Shown here piece by piece: positions 22,368 to 33,986 of a stretch of 64,000 nucleotides of DNA. The stretch covers positions 35,514,388-35,578,387 of the forward strand of contig NC_092670.1 in the NCBI RefSeq assembly GCF_964355755.1, read 5' to 3'. The translations under genes were made by a program, and so were the position numbers. The DNA comes from Antedon mediterranea (lineage: Eukaryota; Animalia; Echinodermata). Below the pieces are notes generated by a model, which was given only the letters and a program-made list of their open reading frames with translations, was not told the DNA's origin and searched no databases. Numbering within the stretch: position 1 is the first letter of the stretch; the number at the start of each line of letters is the position of its first letter.

Positions 22368-25300
22368 TCATATTCGTTGGCATCGCATGTGATCGTAGTC
22401 AGTCCAAAATCGCCATGCAAATTCTTCCCTATAAAAAAGATAATAAGAGTGAAATAATATGTAGGAAAGCAGAAAAAAATATCATAAAAAACGATGCATT
22501 AAGTTTGTTAGGGAGCATATAGAAGGCATATGAAATAACCCAACTCTTAAACTTGGTTCCCACTAGCATCCAACGCCAGGACGCAAGCGAATTGACCAAT
22601 CAAAGCGATGGATCATTCGGACCGTTCCTTGTGATTGGTCAATTCGCTTGCGTTGCGGCTTACGTCCTTGTGTTGCGTTATAGTGGGAACCAAGCTTTAG
22701 TATGTACTGTAGGCGTATGCACTTGAATACGTAAACGCGGACTACTGGATACTCCCCATACAGGGGGTGAAGGTGAGGGTTTTATTGCAATCTAGTAGGC
22801 CTAATACTAATAGAGATTTCAGTCAACTCACTCTCTTAGTGGACGTGTTATCCTGCAGACATGACCGTCCTCACAGGGACAGATACTATCTATCGTATAA
22901 TCTACACCTCCTTGTGGTACAAAACACTTTGTGTTCACTTTCAACTTCATTTTGCAGATTGATTCGCCGTGCTGTTTGGCACAGCACATATTGCTTCCAC
23001 AGTCTTTATCATTCTTGCACCTTGCCCCTGAAACACACGAAAACAATTAGGAATAAGTTTCAATCTAAAAAATAAAAACATTGCGGATCGGAAAATACGT
23101 CTACATCTTCTTGCACCTATTTATGTTTGCAAAAATAACTATGAAAAAACAGGTCACGAATATTAAACGTCATAAAAATATGAATAACTATATACAATTA
23201 TTATGTCTTTCTATAACATTAAATGAATTTAAAGTTGGCCTTGTTAGCTGTACATGCTTACATCTTCTGTTATAGACATAGACATAGACAATTTTAAAAT
23301 ACGATAGTGTGTCTTTTAATGTTCTGTTCTGTATGAGTGAATGTATATGGTTAGTATCCAAACAGAACCAACAGATTAGTATTTGTGCTTTTTGTAAATG
23401 TGTGTAAAGATCTGTCTACACTATCAAACTAGTTTGACAAAAAAAAGTGTGATGTGGCCAAGTATGGTAGTGATATACCCAAATATGGTAGTGATATGAC
23501 ATCATCATGTCCATGGGCACATCACATATTTTTGTCAAGTTTGATAGTGTAGACAGAGCTTTAGATGTTATACGGCCGGCTTTTTTGTGCGCATACTCAT
23601 CATTTACATTAAATAAAATCATAGGCCGTGAGCCTTGGGAATAATGTCGACTCCAACATAGGCCGTGAGCCTTGGGAATAATGTCGACTCCAACATAGGC
23701 CGTGAGCCTTGGGAATAATGTCGACTCCAACATAGGCCGTGAGCCTTGGGAATAATGTCGACTCCAACATAGGCCGTGAGCCTTGGGAATAATGTCGACT
23801 CCAACATAGGCCGTGAGCCTTGGGAATAATGTCGACTCCAACATAGGCCGTGAGCCTTGGGAATAATGTCGACATCATCGCAGCTTGATTGTAAAAAGAA
23901 TAGCAGCTTGCATCTGCTAAAGGCACCTTTGGAATGTTCGATCAAATCAGATGTCGTATTAAATAATAAAACAATGGCACATAATGTGGACAATGAGGAT
24001 TTTACCAAGATTCGAGGAATCTTACTCTTCCTAGATTTATCATTGAAATTAAAGAAATTAACTTAACAATTAACAATAATTAAAGCAATCTTAATATAGG
24101 CCTACTTTATACAATTTGAATTTATTTTAATATCTTGCAATATCACAGCAATATTTCGTTGTTTTCTCATCTCACCCGACATGATTATAAACTAGATATA
24201 GGCCTACTATGGACATGTACATTTGTTGTGTAGCGGTATTATTAAACTACTGTAAGTTCGAAATGACATATAGGCCTAGAAGAGTGGTGTTTTCACCTAT
24301 CAATTGCAAAAACAACGTATTATTTTTGTGAAAGAATCGGACAGTCTTGCAAACAACAATTACCTAAATATGACACGACACATTTAAAAAGCCATTCCTT
24401 TCTGAAGAGTTGTAATGAAATTCGTTCTGTATGATTAACGATTGTAGATAAATACTCAAAGATAGAAAGACATGGTTTTAATGGTGATTTATTGTACCAG
24501 GCTGACTGGTCTCATAACTCACAATACAATTTCGATGGTTTAACCTTGCTTTTATTATACTAGCCTTTTAAAGTCGAGGAGTAAATCTGACAGAAATGTA
24601 TGAGATCGGCTTTAAATTAGACGTCAATCAAAGTGATTGGCGGGGAGGAATGCCTGAGCCAGTTTGAGGTCTTGTCAGAGTTGTGTGTGATCCAACGAAT
24701 AGATTAAATAGCAAAATACATTTCTTTTTTTTTAAATCTTTAATTTAAATATAGATATTTTAGCTCTAAAGGAATATCTTTGCTTTTGAGTAAATATTAA
24801 GTGTTTGTTCCGTAGTGTAATAGGTTTTGGCAACATTTTCTAACTTGATCTGTGGTAATATAGGCAGACAATAATATCATTTTAATACCGGTATTACCCC
24901 TGGCAAGCTATCCAATTTCTTTACAAAATAATCTATCTGCATAATGCTCAATCATAATAGAGCGATACAGTAACATTTATAAAGGTTACTATCTTCTTTT
25001 TCCTCTATATTATTTAGTTTATCCTTTGCTATTATTTTAATATATTTTGGTAACGTTTTACTTGAATCTAGCCCTATATTTACAATTCAGTCTGAATGGA
25101 GTGTTCTAAATTAGTAATACATAGAGTAGTTTCTTGTTCTTAATGCACAATGGAACAGTCTTAATAGGCCTACAACATAATATCGATCGAATGCTACCGG
25201 TTTGAATCCGTTTTAATTACAATTGTCCTAAACTTCCTAACTAATTCTCCATCTAAAATTAAAGGATTGAAATCATGTCACGTGATCTCAGACTCATTCA

Positions 25301-28300
25301 ATTACCAAAACTTATTTTATGCCAATCGTGGTAGAAAATATAGACGTATTTATAAACTCGTTAACTTATTTTGATTCCATTAATGGTTTGGGGTAATTAG
25401 TGTTGACAGTTTTGTCTGATGAGACAAAAGGTCTTTACACGCGACACGCGCAATCCAAATCAACGTACCAACACCTAAACGGGTGACTGGCTTGACTACC
25501 ACCTATATTAAGGGTAGACCTGGATGAAAAACTGTCTTTTGTCTGACCGGAAATAAGAAGAAAAGCATGGTATTTTTTAAAGTATTGGTGGTCTAATGGT
25601 ACCAAACCGTAAGGCGCCTATTTTAAAACACCTGAATTTCACGTGTCTTCTGCTGCGCCATCTTAAAAACCCGTTAAAACACATTATAACTTTACTATAA
25701 TTAATCACGGTATATATAACATAATCATCATCGTATAATATTTATACCGTACTAATTCTTTCTTGTTTAGATTTATATAGTTCAGAATAATTAGGTAAAA
25801 CCGGTTAGAATGTAGGCCCTATTGAAATGCTTGGCAAGCAAGTCCCATTACATACAATAGAAACTGGGTATCATGGACAATATTGATAATAGCGCATTCT
25901 CTAGGAATTACGTTTGAGGTTAAAAGCTTTAGCTGTGTCTAGGCCTAGATGCAAACAACAACAACAACATAAGAAATAATGGTGATGCTACAGTAATCTG
26001 GTATTGCCACCTGTGATTTGTGTGCTGTTGGGGTGCTGTTTTCAAAGTTTTCTTTGGTAAATCTATAGAAACTTTACATGGCTATTTAGTTCTGTAGAGG
26101 AGGCTTGAAGTTTGAATAGACGAGACTTAGAATAGTGTCTCGCTTAGCACACGATGCTTTTCAGCTACCCTACTGTGTAATTAGGCTTGTCGTATTGTAG
26201 GTTTAATGGTCAAAACAGACAGTTGTACTCGTGATTGATTGCGACCACACAGTTATATAGCAAGATGACGAGTGACAGCTAGCCATTCTTTACTACGCGG
26301 GGCCATCGGGTTGGAATTCGTCAGAAATATAACTCATCTTTTCACGTGTCATTTGCAGTTATAATAACTATTCATATTATTAATATAAGATGGTTCTTAA
26401 TTAACCACAAATTATTATTACAGATAATATAAATCGAAATATAGATGTTTAGTTTGATTAGCAATTATTGCTAAACAAAATTGTGAAATGAATTTTTTTC
26501 AATTAGCCATACTGTACTAAAATCATATAATGGTGGTCTCTCACTCAGTAATTTTGCGAATAACATTTTCTAAAATTATTACTAACGTTAATCGTTTACG
26601 AATAATGATGATTATTTTTGTTGGAATCTTGTACGATAATTTAGAGTATTTTCAACAGTCAAAATACATGCATCATGCAAACTTTTGTAAACAATTCCAC
26701 GCATGCGCAGTCTCTCTTCTCTTGATTTTTTTCGTTGCCAATGTTCGCGATATAATCATGTGAAATTAAGAAACATAACGGCTTTTTTTCCAAAATGTTT
26801 CTGTTTAAAAAGTGTATGGTTTAAAACATTGCGCCGACCGGCCTAAGCGCTTATACGTGTTATCGTTAAAAACAATTATGGTAGGGCCCAAGCCTGTCAG
26901 TCCTAATGCGATGAACAATTGTGAACGTTTTAAATTATTGCTCTTAAACATCACTCAACACAAACACTATTATTTGTTGATGTGTCTGGTAATGGATAGT
27001 TTGTCACGTGTATCTTTATCCAGTCTTATGATTTACAATCCGGGACATTAAAGACCCTAGATATTGCGACGTTATGCCACATAGATTTATGTTCCATCGA
27101 TGACCAAAGAACACTGAAACATACAAATCATTATCTTTAATTTCTAGAATGATTGATGAGAACATTGGTTGTGATGATAGAAAGATAATAAGCTTATGTG
27201 TATTGCATATCCCGTATGCAGTAGCTGTTCAAAATCAATAGTCTTCAGAAAATTGATTTACAATTTTGAATTGGAAAAATAATGCTTACCAACTGTTCCA
27301 GGTTTGATTGTTTTCTGACATTTTCCAAAACGACAGTCCAGACCTTTTCGACAGTGACTATCTCGTCGGCAGAGGGCGTTTTCTAGCTTGTGATCGAGAC
27401 AGTTACCATAATGTTGATCACAGAATTTTCCGCGTCCGCACGCTTTATCGCTTCTGCAAGGAGCCTGGGAAAAATAAAACAAATTGGTTAATATTACCTC
27501 CATGATTAAGTTAAATAAATTAATTGTTTTTAATAAATCAATATTTATAATTGGTAGCAGATTGGTTCTAAAGTTACACATTGATATAATGTAAGGCCTA
27601 TGATGAAATTCCGATGCAAGAAAAACAATGCGTCTATCCTCATAACATAAATTGTTCATCAAGTTTCATTATTTTGTATAGTGACGAGTGTTCTTCCGTT
27701 TAAGAGGACAAGCATTGTAAATTTAGAAGACGTCAGCTGTTTCTACAGTTGGGCTACGTGGGTGTTGATTCCAAATCAAATTAAAACAAAGAAATATCTA
27801 GGCCTAATTGAATATATTTGGCACATTATGAATCATTTATCATTTTTGAAAAAGGCAGGTTCAACCAATATCGAACGTACTCGTATTATTAGCAATCTAT
27901 ACTCAACAACAGTGGGCCTATGTACACTTTTATAACTTTGAATGCTGTTAGTGTTGCTTCAATAAACAAAATAGGCATAAATAAAAATATAGGCTATTAT
28001 ACTGTTTATTATGTATGTATGTATTTTTTATTATCTTTTAATAAATCGAGGTTGGTTGTTTTATTCAAATCCATCATTCATTAGGCCAATTATTAACATA
28101 CACAAATGTAGTAGGCCTAATTGTTGTTTAATTAATCAAAATGAAGCATTAGAAAACGATATGGTAACATCACTAGTACTAGCTAGTATGCCTCCCTCCT
28201 ATGCAAGGTTAATAAAACATTTTGCAATGATAAAAAATCACATAACATAACCTAGATGATTTATATACAAGGGTGTTATAAGCTGCTCTATGTAGAGATT

Positions 28301-29177
28301 TATCCGTATGACGAGTGATATCTACTTTGAACATTATGCTGCACGAGTTTTCTCATTGCACTCGGAACAAGCGTTCAGTTTTCAATTCATTTATTTACTG
28401 TAAAGCCCAACATTATTTTTCGTGGCCCTAAATTTTCGCGATTTTACATTTCCAACTATTTCGCGGCCTTTTATTTTCGAGATTTGAGTTTCTTGTCGTC
28501 TTAATTTGGCGAACCAAAAGTCTGGAGCCTAAAGATTCAATGAAGCCCTACTTACAAGCCACAAGTTAAATTTCATTAGTATGACTTTTTTTCTTATTAT
28601 TTCTAAAGAGTTTACTTTTATTCTTTAACAAGTATTATTAGCCTCAGTATAGGGCCTAATCAATTTCTTATCATTCATTAAAATCGAGTAAAATATTACG
28701 TCATCGTAGTAGGCCTACCTAACGAGAAGTGTTACGGTACTTACACCTACAGATATCGAAATTAAAATGAGAAAATTATCTGCAACCTTTTTAGATAATT
28801 CATAATATTTTGTAATAATTATATTGTCTAGAATAGATAACGCTACAGTTAATTTTTTTGTTATGTTCTCGTTTGACACAATGTGAATAGTGTTCAATGG
28901 TGGGAAAATATTGGAATTAAACAATTAATTAGGATTGCTACACGTATGTACAACAAACAAAATTCTGCCTTACCTGAGCATGCAAAGTCGAGTTGACGTC
29001 AGTGGATACATTTCGTTTCTTTATGTTCAGATTCCTCGGATGGCTAATAGCCTCGTCCGATTGTTGATCCTGATTCGGGTAAGGTAAACTCCACATCCAT
29101 GGAAAAATGACAGCAGCAGACTCTTGCACTAAAACCGTGAATGAAATGACGACGAAAAAGCCTTGCAACGCATACAT
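22368..29177 (-). CDS. Dickkopf-related secreted protein (Dkk3-like), 4 exons, 211 aa
   Basis: Exons 29177-28974, 27464-27290, 23027-22832 and 22428-22368, GT-AG, with phases 0/1/2 consistent. Signal peptide MYALQGFFVVISFTVLVQESAA. CRD1 is CRSDKACGRGKFC...CRRDSHC...CRFGKC. The colipase-fold CRD2 is GARCKNDKDCGSNMCCA...CPCEDGHVC...MRCQRI with 10 Cys. The short inter-CRD linker is Dkk3-like. Confidence 0.85.
22549..22697. mobile_element. MITE family D (TIR AGCTTGGTTCCCACTA), Harbinger-like
   Basis: Long palindromic arms CTTGGTTCCCACTA...TAGTGGGAACCAAG, with T(A/T)A flanks. Same family as 38897-39237. Confidence 0.7.
23408..23560. mobile_element. MITE family A copy
   Basis: TCTGTCTACACTATCAAAC...GTTTGATAGTGTAGACAGAGCT, flanked by TAA and TTA. 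Confidence 0.75.
23620..23874. repeat. Perfect 37-bp minisatellite, about 7 copies
   Basis: Unit CATAGGCCGTGAGCCTTGGGAATAATGTCGACTCCAA repeated head-to-tail with no spacers. Confidence 0.95.
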
Positions 29178-29885
29178 TGTGATTGGAAATTTCCAGGTCA
29201 GATCCGATAAAACGGTTCCTTCGTGTTAATTAAAGAATCGGTTGGTATCAGATATACTGTACTCAGTTAATGAGATAACGAAAGCTCCGTTTCCAAGTGT
29301 CTCGTGTCTGTGAAGATTATGTTTCGAATGACTCTCCAACAATCATGAGATTTCTCCCAGGTCATCAGTGTTGCCAAAAACTGGTGGTAAATGATCAAAT
29401 CCTTGTAATGGGACGTTATTTGACATACGTCCATGGATGGAGATGTCCCACTTCTGATGATTGGCAAGTGTCACTCTTCATCTAGCCTCATGAGCTTTAC
29501 GTTTCAGCCAATCAGAGGAGAGTATTAGCTGTCAATCAATAGGATAATCCTCATTTACGCCCAATTGTTGACAGGAGCCATTGACTGGGTGTGGATTCCT
29601 GCTGTGTATGGTTGTTTTCATTGCTATAACCCTACTGTGATCTTTACACGATTGGGTAAACATTACGAGATCCTTCAGTCTGCCTGACATCTGGATGGTG
29701 ACAGGACGATTCAACTATGTAGTAGGCCTACCACTTGATTATTATAGCTTAACCGAACATCGCCGAACTTAGCCGAACATCGACAGTATAATAAGTAAAA
29801 AGTTGAAGTGTTAATTAAAATAGGAGATCCTATGTATAATTGGGTTTCTTTTCTACATTTTTCTATTAGTAAACTTTGAAAATAC

Positions 29886-30960
29886 CCTCTAGTAGTAGGC
29901 CTATTAATAAGTATAGGCCTACTAAATTGATTAGATCAATTATAACTTTGGTTTAATTAACATCTGCAGGTAGATCTATATAGGCATTTTCTCATTAAAA
30001 TATGAGTAACATTGTTTATGTGTTTCTTTAAAAAATGAGCCTGATGTTAAGTATGGACCCTCTAGTAGTAGGCCTATTAATAAGTATAGGCCTAAATTGA
30101 TCCGATCAGTGATAACCTATCATATATATCTAATAACTTTGGTTTAATTAGCATATACATGTAGGTCTATATAGGTCTATTCTCATTAAAAAATGGGTAG
30201 CATTTGTTAATGTTTTGCTTTAAAAATGAGCCTGATGTTTACTATGGATCCTCTAGTAGTAGCCCTATTAATAAGTATAGGCCTAAATTGATCCGATCAG
30301 TGATAACCTATTCTCATTAAAAAATGGGTAACATTGTTAATGTTTTGCTTTAAAAATGAGCCTGATGTTTACTATTATGGATCCTCTAGTAGTAGCCCTA
30401 TTAATAAGTATAGGCCTAAATTGATCCGATCAGTGATAACCTATCATATATATCTAATAACTTTGGTTTAACTAACATCTGCAGGTAGCTCTATATAGGC
30501 ATATTCTCATTAAAATATGAGTAACATTGTTTATGTGTTTCTTTAAAAATGAGCCTGATGTTACTATGGATCCTCTAGTAGTAGGCCTATTAATAAATAT
30601 AGGCCTAAATTGACCCGATCAGTGATAACCTATCATATATATCTAATAACTTTGGTTTAATTAGCATATACATGTAGGTCTATATAGGTCTATTCTCATT
30701 AAAAAATGGGTAACATTTGTTAATGTTTTGCTTTAAAAATGAGCCTGATGTTTACTATATGGATCCTAAGTAGTAGCCCTATTAATGAGTATACGGTAGG
30801 CCTAAATTGATCCGATCAGTGATAACCTATCATATATATCTAATAACTTTGGTTTAATTAACATCTGGTAGGTCTCTATATATGCCTTTCTCATTAAAAC
30901 ATGGTAACATTTGTTAATGTTTTGCTTTAAAAACAAGCCTGATGTTACCATGGACCTAGG
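29886..30960. repeat. Satellite of about 130-190-bp units, about 6 copies, upstream of the Dkk-like gene
   Basis: The motif CCTCTAGTAGTAG(G/C)CCTATTAATAAGTATAGGCCTAAATTGATCCGATCAG recurs at about 29886, 30059, 30250, 30383, 30571 and 30764. Confidence 0.9.
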
Positions 30961-31329
30961 ATAATCTATTTTATATAGGTCCAAGTTACCTTTTTGGTCT
31001 AAAATGGTCTTTACTTGGAGACGTGAGCCGTTGATACATTCCGATAATATCCATTAAAAAATAATACCCACATTCACATTGGCATGTTGAGACATCTTAA
31101 TGATGTCTATACGTTAATTAAGATAGAAGTGTGAACAACTAACATGTCAGGCCTCAACACTAAAACAACTCTGTTCGCCGATTTCGATTGAAATAAGTCA
31201 TAATTAAAATAGACTGAATTTTGTTTTTATTATGTCAACATATTTTTTTTTCATACTCATCCAACAGCGAGAGAAAACTCGCTAATAGGACGGATAACTA
31301 TTTTATAGTTTATCGTACTTTGAAACTAA

Positions 31330-31442
31330 GTCTCATTTGAGGTTTATGGAGTGGAGTTGAAATAGTTGTTACTTACAACCCTGGCACTAGGTTAGAATTG
31401 GGACTGGAAGGCAAGCACGTTAACCACCAAGCTACAGCTCTC
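31330..31442 (-). mobile_element. tRNA-derived SINE family 2 head
   Basis: Reverse complement GAGCTGTAGCTTGGTGGTTAACGTGCTTGCCTTCCA, near-identical to 34545-34640. Confidence 0.55.
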
Positions 31443-31805
31443 AAATTTGTCAATAAATTTGATTATTTGTGCCAATCCAAATAACGAATAAAATGAAAAT
31501 CATTCGCTCATATTAAAATAGACTGAATTTTTGTTGTTCAACATATTTATCACGTCATTAAATTGGATTATTTTGGGTCAAGACCAAACGACGATATCAA
31601 ATCTTGTTTGTTTTTTAATTTATTCATTTTTGTTTGGTTTTCGTTATTCACTATAAACCAAACTTGTTAAGTACTGTATGTTCGGATTGAAGAGAAAATT
31701 GCATTATACAACAATCACACGGACATACCTTATTATAGAGGGCGCAAAGCATTATTTAAGTAAAAGTTTATATTCGGTTTTTTAGGTTTTCGCGTATACA
31801 GTATT

Positions 31806-32204
31806 AACTTCTGTCTAAACCATTAAACTAGTTTGACAAAAAAAGGTGTGATGTGTATAAATATGGTAGTGATATGACATCATCATGTCCATATATGGGC
31901 ACATCACATAAGTTTGATAGTCTAGATAGTATGCTTTACAATATTATTAGTCTTCGGTTTCCATCAGTCTAGCATAAAGCCCTGTCTACACTATCATCAA
32001 ACTTTATGTGGCAACAAAACGTGATGTGCCCATGGACATGATGTCATATCACTATCATATCTGGGCATATCACTACCATATTTGGGCATATCACTACCAT
32101 ATTTGGGCATATCACTACCATATTTTGGCATATCACCACCATATTTGGGCATATCACTACCATATTTGGGCATATCACACTAGTTTGATAGTGTAGACAG
32201 AGCT
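31806..32204. mobile_element. Two adjacent MITE family A copies (about 31806-31936 and 31978-32204), the second with an expanded 21-bp repeat
   Basis: Family TIRs are present. About 6 tandem CATATCACTACCATATTTGGG units lie at 32045-32180. Confidence 0.75.
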
Positions 32205-33813
32205 CTAGAATGGGGGATTATGGTTTTATTTCCCAAAGAAGATGATTGTTATCTGCAGTTCATTAATATGTAGAGGAATAGGCAGTCATTAGAAGAACTC
32301 CTCACACAATATAAAGCACTGTTTTTTAAAGCTGTAATATTGAATGAACTGAAATGAAGTAAAATATAATTGAATTTATTTTGTTTTTAATTAAATGTAT
32401 AATTTGATATAACATGATATTACTATTACATAGTACATACTAGGCTTAATTTATAGCTCTAAACGGCATAAAAAACACTGTAAAATAAATAGATTTAACA
32501 AGAAAGATAGTGATAGTGAGAAATTCGCTAACTAAACTCTTTTTTTTGGTCTTGTTTATCAATTATTGAAAAAGTGTGCATATCATGCAGACAGTGTACA
32601 GTACTTAGTTTAGACGACACAGTGTTTAATTAGGATTTCATAATTATGAATAATTCAATGTTCATTGGATAATAAATGATCACAATTGCATAAAATTTAC
32701 ATAACAATACTAATTAATTCATGATTGTTAAAAAATTAAGTGAAAAAACAATATAATACTGTTTGTAAATATACAACCTCCATCATTGGGGAAAAGCAAC
32801 GCATTATTCTTAGACGTATCCACTTATTGTGTCATTGTGTATGACTGGCCAATATTGTACTAAACACAGAACGACCATAATAACGATATTGTAATCATAG
32901 TTATAGCAATAATATACTATAGAATAATAGTATATTTGAATCATTTTTAACCCAGGTTAACTTTAAATTTACAACCAATGCAAACCTCTCTTTACATCTC
33001 CTACAATTGTTTCTAAGCATCATGCACCCTTTGTACAATAGCACCCACCCAAAGCCTTACATAAAATACTCTTTTAACACTGCTACTAAAAATGGGGCGT
33101 TGCATAATCCAATACTGTGTAACCCTGGCCATACCCGGAATGTTGAAATGCGGAATTGTAGGCCAGCGTTACAACGTAAACATTTACTGAACCACTCGGG
33201 TAAGTGATGTGGAATGCATTCAACATCAAGCCAACCTAGGTGTACTTGTGTTCGCAATGTAAACAGTCTTGTGTTAGCTTTACCAATTGGTTATTATCTT
33301 CCGTTACTATACTTTTTAATTTACATACAATGATTATTGGTTTCGTTTGCTTATATAAAATAAGGTTTTATTTTATTCATTTCAACAAATTAGATTCTTC
33401 AAGAGTAGATTTAGTTTTTATAGGTATATGAGTTTTTGTTTTGATTTGTTTTTATATATTTAGGCAAATTGCCAAGGATAACCATAAGCGAATTCATTCA
33501 CTCTCCTTCTTAAAGGTGGCAATCCTGTTCACAAGACAAACATATACACAAGATGCTCTACATAAACAAAGTCTTATTACGGAGTTGAGTTGTAAGACTG
33601 TTGTTACTATGTATAAAAGTAGGAAATATTTTTTAAATTTGACATGGGTTTCATCCGACAATGTATTACAAATCCTGTGTCATTAGAAAGTTACTGAATC
33701 TGATGTAAAAATGAAATTTATGTGGATGTTGTCACAGGTTAGTTTTAGCTTGGCCGTGTAAAGAGAGTAAATTTCATACACTACTAGAACGTACACGTCA
33801 CAGATGTGTTTTA

Positions 33814-33968
33814 AACTCTGTCATTGTCAACACTATCAAACTTTATGTAACAAAAACAAGTGATGTTCTCATATATGTCATATCACTATGATATTTAAGT
33901 ATATAACCACCATATTTGGGCACATCACATTTTTTTGGTCAAACTAGTTTGATAGTGTAGACAGAGCT
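33814..33968. mobile_element. MITE family A copy
   Basis: ACACTATCAAACTTTATG...AACTAGTTTGATAGTGTAGACAGAGCT. Confidence 0.7.
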
Positions 33969-33986
33969 TATATAACAATACTGTAT

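Noticed and set aside
23620-23874. CRISPR-like 37-bp repeats
   Set aside because: The units are contiguous with no unique spacers, there are no cas genes, and the context is a eukaryotic intron.
23416-24008. Three overlapping repetitive minus-strand ORFs
   Set aside because: They are artefacts of the stop-free 37-bp repeat read in all three frames.
25410-25445. Hammerhead-ribozyme-like CTGATGA-GAC...GTC
   Set aside because: The required GAAA after stem II is absent (TTTA instead), and stems I and III cannot be formed.
32008-32196. His/Tyr/Trp-repeat ORF (YHYHIWA)n
   Set aside because: It is a translation of the MITE-internal 21-bp repeat.
32950-33260. GC-richer patch with short ORFs on both strands
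   Set aside because: No consistent exon structure or motif; likely the 3' UTR of the C1GALT-like gene.
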